Shown: positions 1-7,823 of the stretch, piece after piece
Layout: the number at the start of each line of letters is the position of its first letter
How positions within the stretch are numbered: the first letter of the stretch is position 1
Assembly (NCBI GenBank): GCA_021784755.1
Contig: JAJYHM010000006.1
Coordinates: 33,449-97,448 of the forward strand
DNA from: Pseudomonadota bacterium
GTDB taxonomy: Bacteria > Pseudomonadota > Gammaproteobacteria > Acidiferrobacterales > Acidiferrobacteraceae
DNA: 64,000 nucleotides
Direction of reading: 5' to 3'
The notes under the pieces: model-generated
The model's database searches: none
Told to the model about the DNA's origin: nothing
What the model saw: only the letters and a program-made list of their open reading frames with translations
Program-made: the position numbers and the translations under genes

Positions 1-709
1 GGAGCAAGGAGACGCTCATGAGCCCCGTGACGCGGCCGTCGCTCTCATAGACGTAGGTCTTGACTCGCGGTCGGCCGCGCAGAGTGAAATCGACGTCCTC
101 GCGCTCCACCACATGGGCAAGCGGCGCACGGGCAGCCGCCGACAGCAGCACAAACCCCGCCCCCTCGTCGCTTGGCGCATAACGTCGCACATGACCTGTA
201 TCGCTCGGCCCGAGACGGGCTGACACGATATCTCCCGCCCCCGCGAGGTAACGAAAGTTGTACGCGGCCCGCACCGCAAGTCCGCGCGCCCCGAACGCCC
301 GCGCCACCGTCTGGTTGGCAGGCGTTCCGGCGACGGTGATGGCGGTGTAGACCTCGTAGCCGCGGTCGCGTGCGCGGTCCACCATGAGGCCCTGCTGGCG
401 ATCGCTCAGACGATGGCGCCGGAAACTGCCGGAAACAGTAAAAAAGCTTGCGAATACGGCCTTGTAGATCCGGCCGTGGATCCGTAGGCGCATCGGCACA
501 AACGCCAGATAAGAGGCGAGTTCGCCGCTCTTTGCCCGTAAACCCACCGCCATGGCCGGGTCCGCCGTGGGCCTCATGATATGCATGGCCAACAGATCCC
601 GTTCATAGACCCAACATGGGGGAGCCCAGTTCGCGCGCATGAGCGCGCTCACCTCATCGAGATCGGGATTCACCACCTCGTCGAAAAAATCCATAGACTG
701 AACATTCAT
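1..709 (-). CDS. Tandem GNAT acyltransferase resembling N-myristoyltransferase (3' end outside the window; absent from the ORF track)
   Basis: Hand translation from ATG 709 is open to the window edge: MNVQSMDFFDEVVNPDLDEVSALMRANWAPPCWVYERDLL...AVGLRAKSGELASYLAFVPMRLRIHGRIYKAVFASFFTVSGSFRRHRLS...RVKTYVYESDGRVTGLMSVSLL. It has a GNAT motif A-like F-x-V-x3-FRRHRL, and a second domain begins near the edge. Confidence 0.7.
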   Translation of the reverse strand, partial: MNVQSMDFFDEVVNPDLDEVSALMRANWAPPCWVYERDLLAMHIMRPTADPAMAVGLRAKSGELASYLAFVPMRLRIHGRIYKAVFASFFTVSGSFRRHRLSDRQQGLMVDRARDRGYEVYTAITVAGTPANQTVARAFGARGLAVRAAYNFRYLAGAGDIVSARLGPSDTGHVRRYAPSDEGAGFVLLSAAARAPLAHVVEREDVDFTLRGRPRVKTYVYESDGRVTGLMSVSLL

Positions 710-785
710 GGCTGTTGCCGAGGCAGGCTCACGCCCGACCCCTCCTATCAAGAAAGACGACTTATGACGATTATAGAAACGCAGC

Positions 786-2051
786 CTAGAGACGACGAGC
801 CGCGCTCTCGACCAATTCCTGGGCACGCTCAAGCCCGTGCTGGCAATAACACGCATACAACAAGCGCTCGAGCCCAAAGGCCGCGCACCCCGTGTGGGCG
901 GCCTCGCCATGAGCACTTGTGATACCGAATCGGGTTCCGAAAAACCGCTCATGATAATTAAAAGATGCGCACGCAATCGAGGTGCCCGGCGCTACGTCCA
1001 CCTGCAGCTCATACTTCAGGTCGTGGGCCAGCTGAAAGAAACGCAGGGACGGGAAATCGCCCGCGAAAAACGGATCGCAGGCCGTCTCAAGGCGCGCCGA
1101 CAGGTCGAGAAGACTGACGAGCCTCCATGCGGAGTCTATGGCCGTCTCGCGCGCACCGAGCACTGCCTCGCGGTCCCCGAGCCATACGATCTCGCGCATC
1201 GAAAACTCCCACAGCCGATCCAGGCCCCTGAGATTCTTCGACTCGTACCGGAAACATCGCCCGTGCCCGGTGTAGGCCGAAACCGCCCCCGCGGAGAGAC
1301 GATGGCCCATGAGCGCGCCGTAGGTGTGGTAACACACGGCAGGCGACAGGCAATGCTCCGGGGGGGCAATCTCGCTTACATCCTCGAACGTGGGGTTCTC
1401 GCCCTGGCCATGGCGCTTCCCGAAACGCTCTATCGCCTCGAAGTCTTCCCTTAGATGGACTGCGAAGGTGACGGAATGAGGAAATGAGCTGAAGTAGCCC
1501 GCGCGCCTCAACCAATCGCTTGGCACAAGCGAATTATAGGATTGAGGGGCCGCCTGATACTCGCGCACGGCGAGGCGTTCGATGGCGGTGTCCAGCCGGC
1601 CGAGAAGCCGCATGAATGCGCCGCCGCGGCCTACCACCCCTGAGCCAGATGTCCATATATCGCCGCGGGCTACAAGCTGCTCGTAAGCGGTCGGCACAAA
1701 GCGCTGTAAGTCACGCGTGCGCTCGCGCAGGACTCGCGGCGTCACCGTAAGGCGCTCGATCTGCATCTTTCCGATCAAGTGTTCGAGCTTGGCGGCGACA
1801 TCACCGCTCGCACTGGAGCCTTGCAAGTCGATCTCAAGGCAGTTCGAGTCCTGACGGTAACGGGACTTCAGGATAGAGGTGTCGCAGTAGCACGCTCGCT
1901 TGGATATCTCTGTGCACACGTCCGGTGGAAGATGGGCGGGCAACGGAATCGCAAGAGTTTCCATAGCGAATTCATCCTTGAATTGGGACTGCGACCCGAC
2001 GTCCATGTCGGGCATGGCACTGACGCTACCGAAGTGATCAGGGCTCGTCAA
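786..2051 (-). CDS. Amino acid--[acyl/peptidyl-carrier-protein] ligase, atypical SerRS-like class II aaRS paralog
   Basis: Motifs WLRRAGYFSSFPH, LSPAVCYHTY, GRCFRYE..LDRLWEFSMRE (motif 2), DPFF, LKYEL, ACASFNYH..FFG, HTGCAAFGLER (motif 3). The real start may be ATG 1964. Confidence 0.85.
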   Translation of the reverse strand: MTSPDHFGSVSAMPDMDVGSQSQFKDEFAMETLAIPLPAHLPPDVCTEISKRACYCDTSILKSRYRQDSNCLEIDLQGSSASGDVAAKLEHLIGKMQIERLTVTPRVLRERTRDLQRFVPTAYEQLVARGDIWTSGSGVVGRGGAFMRLLGRLDTAIERLAVREYQAAPQSYNSLVPSDWLRRAGYFSSFPHSVTFAVHLREDFEAIERFGKRHGQGENPTFEDVSEIAPPEHCLSPAVCYHTYGALMGHRLSAGAVSAYTGHGRCFRYESKNLRGLDRLWEFSMREIVWLGDREAVLGARETAIDSAWRLVSLLDLSARLETACDPFFAGDFPSLRFFQLAHDLKYELQVDVAPGTSIACASFNYHERFFGTRFGITSAHGEAAHTGCAAFGLERLLYACYCQHGLERAQELVESAARRL

Positions 2052-2068
2052 TCAGACGCGGCCTTCAG

Positions 2069-3487
2069 TCATGGGCAAGGCGCGGGATTAGTCTGGCCAT
2101 CCAATATCCACGAATAGTCCCGCTCGTTGCCGGCAGCATCGATGAAAGTAACCGTCGATGATGATGGCAAGGGCGTTGGCACCTCGCCCTGCCAACTACC
2201 GCTCGATCCGACGGAAAGGGCGGCCCCATCGGCAGTCGCCGCAGTCACTCCGGAAAGATCCTGCCAGCTCCCCGCGAGCAGGACACCCCCCAGAGTGGGC
2301 TGGATCACGGACAGACAGGCCAGCGGCGGCGTATTGTCGACGTCAAGCGGTCCAGAGTAGAATGAACTTTCGCCTGCCGCATCGTCGGCGCTCACCGACA
2401 ACTCGTGAGGGCCGTCGGCAAACGCCGCCGTGTCGACCACAAACGCGAAGCCAGGCGCCGCCGTCAGAGTCTGGTAGGGCTTGTGATCGATGGCGATCGT
2501 GACTGCGACGGGCAAGCCATAGGGGTCACTCGTGGATCCGCTTATCGTCACCGACCCGCGCGTCCAGGCAGGCCAAGGCGCAAGCGACAAGGAGAGGCCG
2601 CCTGCGGGGAAGGTTGGCGCGGACGCGGCCCCAAACAAGGGTGAGCTTGATTGCCCAAGCGTCTTCGCATAGGCGATGAGAGCGGCGGCGTTGGGGCCGG
2701 GAAGCGCATCGGCCGATGCCGGTGCGGCCGCGGCCGCGCTCTGCAGAAAGGCCTCGGCGATTCCCTGCCTATAGATGGATGTCGACAAAGGCTGGGTGCC
2801 GAACTTCAAAGGCCCGTTGGCCCCTATGCCGTTCAACACCCCGTCGTAGCCGACATCCTCTGCCATCACCGAGGTGGCGGACGCGGTCGTAGCCGCGTTT
2901 GCGCGCGCAAGGCGCGTGAACGCGGCGAGCACGAGCCCATAACGTAGCCCGGCCCCAAGCGCAGTGGCAGTGCCGACGTCTCCCGGCAAAACGGGCAGCG
3001 TGGTCGCGGGGTCGAAGCCTAGCCAACCAACGAAGGCTGCCTGTGCCCGCGCCGCGGCGGTCGCGGCATCGATGCCCTGGCCTCCGAGATAGTCGTCATA
3101 GGCGGCCATTGCCGTCGTCAGGGGATCGACCGCGACCTGAACGCCTTGCCCGTTTTGGTAGGGGAAGACGCCGCGCAACACGCCGGAGGTCACGGTGGTA
3201 CCGCCCGCCCCAATATAGGAGCCGCCGCTTACCGCGACCTTCAGCGTCGCATCAAGGCTTTGGACGTCGAGCGCAAAGCGACCGCTGTCATCCGTGCGCG
3301 TAACACCCAAGGCGCCTTGCGGCCCCGTGATGGTGACCGATGCGCCCGCCACCGGACCGCCGCTCACCACATATCCCTCGATCAGACCCGAAGGCAGAGC
3401 GGTGGGCGACGCCGGGTTACCCAAGCGACATCCGTTCAAAGCAAGGCCCGCAACAACAATCAAGATCGCATGGTTTGTCTTGTTCAA
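2069..3487 (-). CDS. Lipoprotein with carboxypeptidase-regulatory-like beta-sandwich and C-terminal bacterial Ig-like domain(s); putative adhesin
   Basis: TTG 3487 overlaps the upstream TGA and has a GGAGG RBS. Lipobox LALNGC. Segments GGPVAGASVTITG..TRTDDSGRF and F.VDTAAFADGPHELSVSADDAAGE..VDNTPP are typical of Ig-like repeats. Confidence 0.7.
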   Translation of the reverse strand: MNKTNHAILIVVAGLALNGCRLGNPASPTALPSGLIEGYVVSGGPVAGASVTITGPQGALGVTRTDDSGRFALDVQSLDATLKVAVSGGSYIGAGGTTVTSGVLRGVFPYQNGQGVQVAVDPLTTAMAAYDDYLGGQGIDAATAAARAQAAFVGWLGFDPATTLPVLPGDVGTATALGAGLRYGLVLAAFTRLARANAATTASATSVMAEDVGYDGVLNGIGANGPLKFGTQPLSTSIYRQGIAEAFLQSAAAAAPASADALPGPNAAALIAYAKTLGQSSSPLFGAASAPTFPAGGLSLSLAPWPAWTRGSVTISGSTSDPYGLPVAVTIAIDHKPYQTLTAAPGFAFVVDTAAFADGPHELSVSADDAAGESSFYSGPLDVDNTPPLACLSVIQPTLGGVLLAGSWQDLSGVTAATADGAALSVGSSGSWQGEVPTPLPSSSTVTFIDAAGNERDYSWILDGQTNPAPCP

Positions 3488-4041
3488 AATAGCCTCCAGA
3501 GAACGGTCACACCAAACGTTGATATGCGTGTCGGGAACCCGGTTTGCGCCGTAACCCCTATGGACCACGAGCGGTTGATGGGGATACTCGCGCCGATACC
3601 GATATCCCAGTCGCTTTCTGAACTGTCGGGGTAGGTGCCGACCGCATAGCCATCGCCGTTCAAGCGCAGACGGTCATCGAAACGGTAGCGCGTGACGCCC
3701 GCGCCTATCCCAAGCCAAGGACGGAAGGCGTAGCTGAACGGGATCCGGCGCTCCCACAAGACCAACCCGCCCAACTCACGTCCCCGCTCCAGCAAGCCAC
3801 TAGATCCCGGCCGCGTTGCGAATTGGCCTGCCGTCAAATCGACCAGCCACCGCTGCCCCACATAGCCCTCGCGCGTCCATTGACCTGCAAACTGCCACCC
3901 AAGGGCCGTACCGGTCGGCGACGACGCCTGCACGAGGCCCGCCAGGAGACCGCCGCCCACGGACAGACGCCATGCGCTGCAGGAGACCGGAAGGCCCAAG
4001 GCCACGGCGAGCCATCCCATTCTCATCCATGTGTTCATCAC
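3484..4041 (-). CDS. Small outer-membrane beta-barrel protein
   Basis: Signal peptide, alternating strands (RPWLGIGAGV, WDIGIGASI), C-terminal Phe, AGGAG RBS. Confidence 0.75.
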   Translation of the reverse strand: MMNTWMRMGWLAVALGLPVSCSAWRLSVGGGLLAGLVQASSPTGTALGWQFAGQWTREGYVGQRWLVDLTAGQFATRPGSSGLLERGRELGGLVLWERRIPFSYAFRPWLGIGAGVTRYRFDDRLRLNGDGYAVGTYPDSSESDWDIGIGASIPINRSWSIGVTAQTGFPTRISTFGVTVLWRLF

Positions 4042-4760
4042 GACTCCTTTTGTGTTTGGACATAAGCTTGTTGCGCCGGGGCATAAAGGATCCGGCGTGG
4101 CGTGCGCCCGAAGGCCGCCGCATTCAGAGTGTTCGTGCCTACCTGTCCGAGCGCGGCCGCCTGCGCCGAACCCTGCGCCGCGGCAGATCCCATCAACGCG
4201 TCGACACCCTCCACGACCGATGAGACAAAGGCGGCGAGGACCGTCTCGCGGCGCCCCCCCACGACATAGGCCGGCAGACCCGGGTCCCGATCAGATCCAA
4301 AGGCCGCAGCGTCGAGGGGCACATGCCGACCGCGCGGCGTGATCGCTTGGCTTACGGCGATGCGGATGCGCCCCAAAGCGCGCCCCTCCACCCGCCCCAA
4401 AAGCCGTGTGCCCACAGGCAAGACACCCCACAGCCCCCGCACGGGTGACTCCACATGTAAAACGACGATCGTCGAATCGACGTCGGTGACACCACGGCGC
4501 AGCGCGACCTCGATCCATGTGCCTGCGCGGATCCCTAGGCCATGCGGCGCATCAGGCAATATGACCGGCCGGCCATGCGCTGGAGCCACAACAAACGGCG
4601 CTACGGCAGGCGAACGGCTCACGGGCACGCGCCGTCCCGGCGGCCGCGCGTGCCTCGCGGTCAGCGCCAGCAGGCGATGGAACACAGATGGCGGCGCCGG
4701 CCGCTCGCCAATGAGGCGCTGCACAATGACAGTCGGCGTAGGCATGGTCGCGATCACCAT
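4038..4760 (-). CDS. VirB10/TrbI-like protein (C-terminal barrel domain; no clear TM anchor)
   Basis: IRAGTWIEVALRRGVTD..VLHVESPV..VLPVGTRLLG..RIRIAVSQAITPRG..L..G..PGL pattern of VirB10 domains. ATG 4760 is coupled to the upstream stop. The upstream part of track ORF 4038..5255 overlaps the neighbouring gene and is probably not translated. Confidence 0.65.
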   Translation of the reverse strand: MVIATMPTPTVIVQRLIGERPAPPSVFHRLLALTARHARPPGRRVPVSRSPAVAPFVVAPAHGRPVILPDAPHGLGIRAGTWIEVALRRGVTDVDSTIVVLHVESPVRGLWGVLPVGTRLLGRVEGRALGRIRIAVSQAITPRGRHVPLDAAAFGSDRDPGLPAYVVGGRRETVLAAFVSSVVEGVDALMGSAAAQGSAQAAALGQVGTNTLNAAAFGRTPRRILYAPAQQAYVQTQKES

Positions 4761-5512
4761 GACAGTCGCGCGGGCCCAAGGGCGGTCATGACGACCAGGT
4801 GCCAGCGCCTCACAGGACCTTTGGGCCGCGCAAGCGCGAGCGCACAGGCCATACCTCCTGCAGCGGCACTCGTGACACAGGTGAGCGCCGTTGGAACCTG
4901 CCGCCATTGGCTGCGACCCCGATAGAGGACTGCGCTGTCGAGGGCTTCCGGCCGCCCACCGCTTCGCGAGAGCGCAAACCCGAGGATCGCCCGCCCCGGC
5001 AAGAGCCACATACGCCGTACGCGCAGCACCGCAACCCTTGTGCCCTGCTTCAGGACCACACGCTTGCGGATCGCCACTTGCGGGACGGGCCCAAAGGCCG
5101 CGTAAGCCATGGCCATAGCCCAGGGCGAAGGCGGCGTAGGGTATGGCGTTACAGCAGGCTTGGAGAACTTCGGACGACGAAAAAGGATGTCGCTCGTGTA
5201 GCGTCGTCCGCGAGCGCTCGTGCAAACGAGCAAAGACACGAAGAGCCCGTGCCAAGCCATGTACGCGTTGCCGCAGTAGCGCCGCGTAAGGCCGCGCGCC
5301 ACGGTAATCAAAATGGAGCGTCGACCGAGTCTCGCCGCGGAGAACACCGGGTTGGTGATCGCGAAGCGGACCCCCTGGGCGCCGTTTGGAAACACGAGCC
5401 GCAGCCCGAGATCAGGCACGATCGTGGCCGAAAGCGCACGGTAAGGCCGCAACGTCACCACGCGGGCGTGGGGTGCAAGTGGCCGCAAAACAACGGGAAG
5501 ATGGGCAGTCAT
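4754..5512 (-). CDS. Hypothetical T4SS protein in the VirB9/TraK position
   Basis: ATGA overlap with the virB8-like stop; beta-rich; lies between the virB8- and virB10-like genes. Family call is positional only. Confidence 0.5.
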   Translation of the reverse strand: MTAHLPVVLRPLAPHARVVTLRPYRALSATIVPDLGLRLVFPNGAQGVRFAITNPVFSAARLGRRSILITVARGLTRRYCGNAYMAWHGLFVSLLVCTSARGRRYTSDILFRRPKFSKPAVTPYPTPPSPWAMAMAYAAFGPVPQVAIRKRVVLKQGTRVAVLRVRRMWLLPGRAILGFALSRSGGRPEALDSAVLYRGRSQWRQVPTALTCVTSAAAGGMACALALARPKGPVRRWHLVVMTALGPARLSW

Positions 5513-6162
5513 AAGGGATTGATTCCTTCGATGCGCAAGCCCGCGGTATCGTGTGGACGACGTACGACGGCGGTCTCGGTCAATAGGTAAGCGAAGTGCT
5601 CGCGGTAGCGTCGGCCGCTCGGCAAAACGATATGAAGGGTTCCTTGCAGGTGCACCAGAAATTCCCGCGTGCCCCTGCGCACCACGCGCGGGCTGCCGTG
5701 ACCCTTGGCAAAGCTGATCCAGGAGCGCATGCGCGCCGCACGGATCCGCGCGAGATAGGCTGTCTTGCGAAGCGCGGCTGCGGTCGTGCTTCTGAGTGCA
5801 GGCGCCATCATATCCAGGGCCTCGATATAGTCCGGGACCACGGTCGCGGCGTTCGCGCTCAAATAGTCGCGCAGAAAACGCATGGACGCCGCTATGACCT
5901 CGCGGCGCGATCGGTGAACGGCGCTCAGCCACTGCATGCGTCCGAGAATGGCGCCCGAGCGGTCGACGGCGACTATGGGCGGCGTGCGCCACACGACTGC
6001 GACCGCAAGCACCACAAATGCGGCAGCGGCGCAGGCGAACAGCACCCAACCGAGGAGCGCATAGCGGGCCAGGCGCTGCATCAAGAGTCCCTGGGGGCCG
6101 TGACGGCCCCACACCTTAGCGTCGGGAAAAGTCATCAGATTGATCATTCTTGGGTGGCCCAT
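5509..6162 (-). CDS. VirB8/TrbF-like T4SS inner-membrane protein
   Basis: Single TM followed by PPIVAVDRSG, RFLRDY..A.TV..DY..AL.MM and C-terminal GLRIEGI. Confidence 0.75.
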   Translation of the reverse strand: MGHPRMINLMTFPDAKVWGRHGPQGLLMQRLARYALLGWVLFACAAAAFVVLAVAVVWRTPPIVAVDRSGAILGRMQWLSAVHRSRREVIAASMRFLRDYLSANAATVVPDYIEALDMMAPALRSTTAAALRKTAYLARIRAARMRSWISFAKGHGSPRVVRRGTREFLVHLQGTLHIVLPSGRRYREHFAYLLTETAVVRRPHDTAGLRIEGINPL

Positions 6163-7204
6163 CGTATTGCGGCTTTAGGTAGTTCGTATGCACGGCGCCG
6201 CCGTCCAGGCCGCTTGGGATGAAGTCTGGATCGCGCGGCACATGCAACTCGGGCATCGGCCGCGGAGGCACCGAGAGGACATCGTCGTCCGGACCGTATA
6301 GGTAGTAGTCGACGGCCCGCGCGCTTCCATGACCGACACCCATGGCGAGCGTCGCGCCAACCGAAGAAAGCCCCGCCAGATAGGGGGCGAGCAAAGGCTG
6401 GGCGGCACCGGCATTCTCGATGAGGCCTGCCGTTATGTAGGGGGCGGCGAGCAGCACAGCGCACAAAATCATGTTCAGAATGGTAAAAAGCATGTGCGCG
6501 TACACAGTCATGTAGGCGGCGGGGCCAAGCAGACCTTGGAGATCCGCCACGGCATGCGTGAAAAGCGGTGAGAACACGGCCAACAAGAGCGCCTGCACGA
6601 CAGGCCAGAGGATGAAGAACCCCATGAGCTTCGCGAAACCACGAACAAGGGAGAACGTCCTGCTGAGCGCAAGCGGTATGGCGACCAGTCCGTAAAGAAA
6701 GGCGAACTCATAACCTATCGCTTGGGCAATACGCAGCAAGGCCTCGAGAAACGTGGTCATGACAAGCGTCGCGTAGTAGATGAGGACCGTCGCAAAACGC
6801 AACGGTAAGGCGTTGATCTCTTTTATGGTGCCCCACACGCCGCTTGGACCCTTGGCGGCGATGTCGAGCAAGGCCGCCATCTGCTTGGCAACCAGCCGCA
6901 AAGACCCGATGCGGCCCATGGCCGCGTACAAGGCATTCAAGTAATGGATCAGAAGGTTACCTAACGCAAAGTAGGCGACCAGAACGAAGCCCCACACGAC
7001 GATGTCGCGCACCACGCGGGTGAGCTGCCCGAACCCCGACACGGAATCCATCTGCGCCTCGAGAAGCCGCGTATACAGGGCAATCACAAACAGCGATGGA
7101 GTCACTGTGCGCATCAAGACATCTGCCACCGGGGCGGCGGCGCGATAAACGCTGCCGGGCGCCAGATAAGCCAAGAGGTGGACCACTAGCGATGCGCTAT
7201 TCAT
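6116..7204 (-). CDS. VirB6/TrbL-like polytopic T4SS membrane protein
   Basis: Several TM segments (LYGLVAIPLALS..F); acidic Pro-rich C-terminal tail; position after virB5; ATG 7204 overlaps the upstream stop. Confidence 0.7.
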   Translation of the reverse strand: MNSASLVVHLLAYLAPGSVYRAAAPVADVLMRTVTPSLFVIALYTRLLEAQMDSVSGFGQLTRVVRDIVVWGFVLVAYFALGNLLIHYLNALYAAMGRIGSLRLVAKQMAALLDIAAKGPSGVWGTIKEINALPLRFATVLIYYATLVMTTFLEALLRIAQAIGYEFAFLYGLVAIPLALSRTFSLVRGFAKLMGFFILWPVVQALLLAVFSPLFTHAVADLQGLLGPAAYMTVYAHMLFTILNMILCAVLLAAPYITAGLIENAGAAQPLLAPYLAGLSSVGATLAMGVGHGSARAVDYYLYGPDDDVLSVPPRPMPELHVPRDPDFIPSGLDGGAVHTNYLKPQYDGPPKNDQSDDFSRR

Positions 7205-7823
7205 GGCTCGCCCCAAAGGCTCGATACAAAGAGGCCGCCTCCCGGGGGAGGTGGCTTGCATTGCGCCGTTCGGCGGCGCGGCGTATGGCCCGACGTTCGC
7301 GCGAACGCGCGCGGGCGGCGGCCAAGCCCGCAAGTGTCGCAGTCGAGCGGGCGGTGACCTCGCCGCTCGTGCGGATACCAAGGCTCGTAGCCGAAAGCCG
7401 CGCATCATGCCGTGCCCCGCGCCTCAACCAGCGCAGCCGCGCAAGCCGCCCAAAACGATGTGCTTGTTGGCGCAGATACCCCCCGTAATCGCTCACGTTA
7501 TGCGCCGCCGCTCCGGTGCCCGCGAGCAAGGCCTTCAGGCCCCGTGGCAGACCGTGGGGTAGGCCACGCTCTTCGTAACGCACGAGGTCCCCGTTAGCGA
7601 TGGCGCGCGCGTCGCGATTCGTCTCGCGCAACGTCGACTCCACCATCTGCAGCCTGCGCACTTCGCGCACGGCCGTGTGATAGATCGCCAGAGTCTGATC
7701 GAGGAGACTGACGAGCTCCGCGTGGACTGGCGGGTCGAATGTGACGTCGCCCACACCGAGGAAGGCCCACGCGGGCACAGTCGCGAGCACCCACAAAAGA
7801 AGTCCCGCACTTAGCCTTCTCAT
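7197..7823 (-). CDS. VirB5/TrbJ-like secreted protein
   Basis: Signal peptide (..VPAWA), then GDVTFDP and long helices; ATGA overlap with the virB4 stop. Confidence 0.6.
   Translation of the reverse strand: MRRLSAGLLLWVLATVPAWAFLGVGDVTFDPPVHAELVSLLDQTLAIYHTAVREVRRLQMVESTLRETNRDARAIANGDLVRYEERGLPHGLPRGLKALLAGTGAAAHNVSDYGGYLRQQAHRFGRLARLRWLRRGARHDARLSATSLGIRTSGEVTARSTATLAGLAAARARSRERRAIRRAAERRNASHLPREAASLYRAFGASHE

Noticed and set aside
786-2051. Housekeeping seryl-tRNA synthetase
   Set aside because: Lacks the canonical coiled-coil arm and the PTAE motif; the motifs match the atypical SerRS-like aa:CP ligase family.
4760-6112. Long N-terminal extensions of track ORFs 4038..5255 and 4754..6112
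   Set aside because: Arg/Pro-rich off-frame overlaps of neighbouring genes; coupled starts at 4760 and 5512 fit better.
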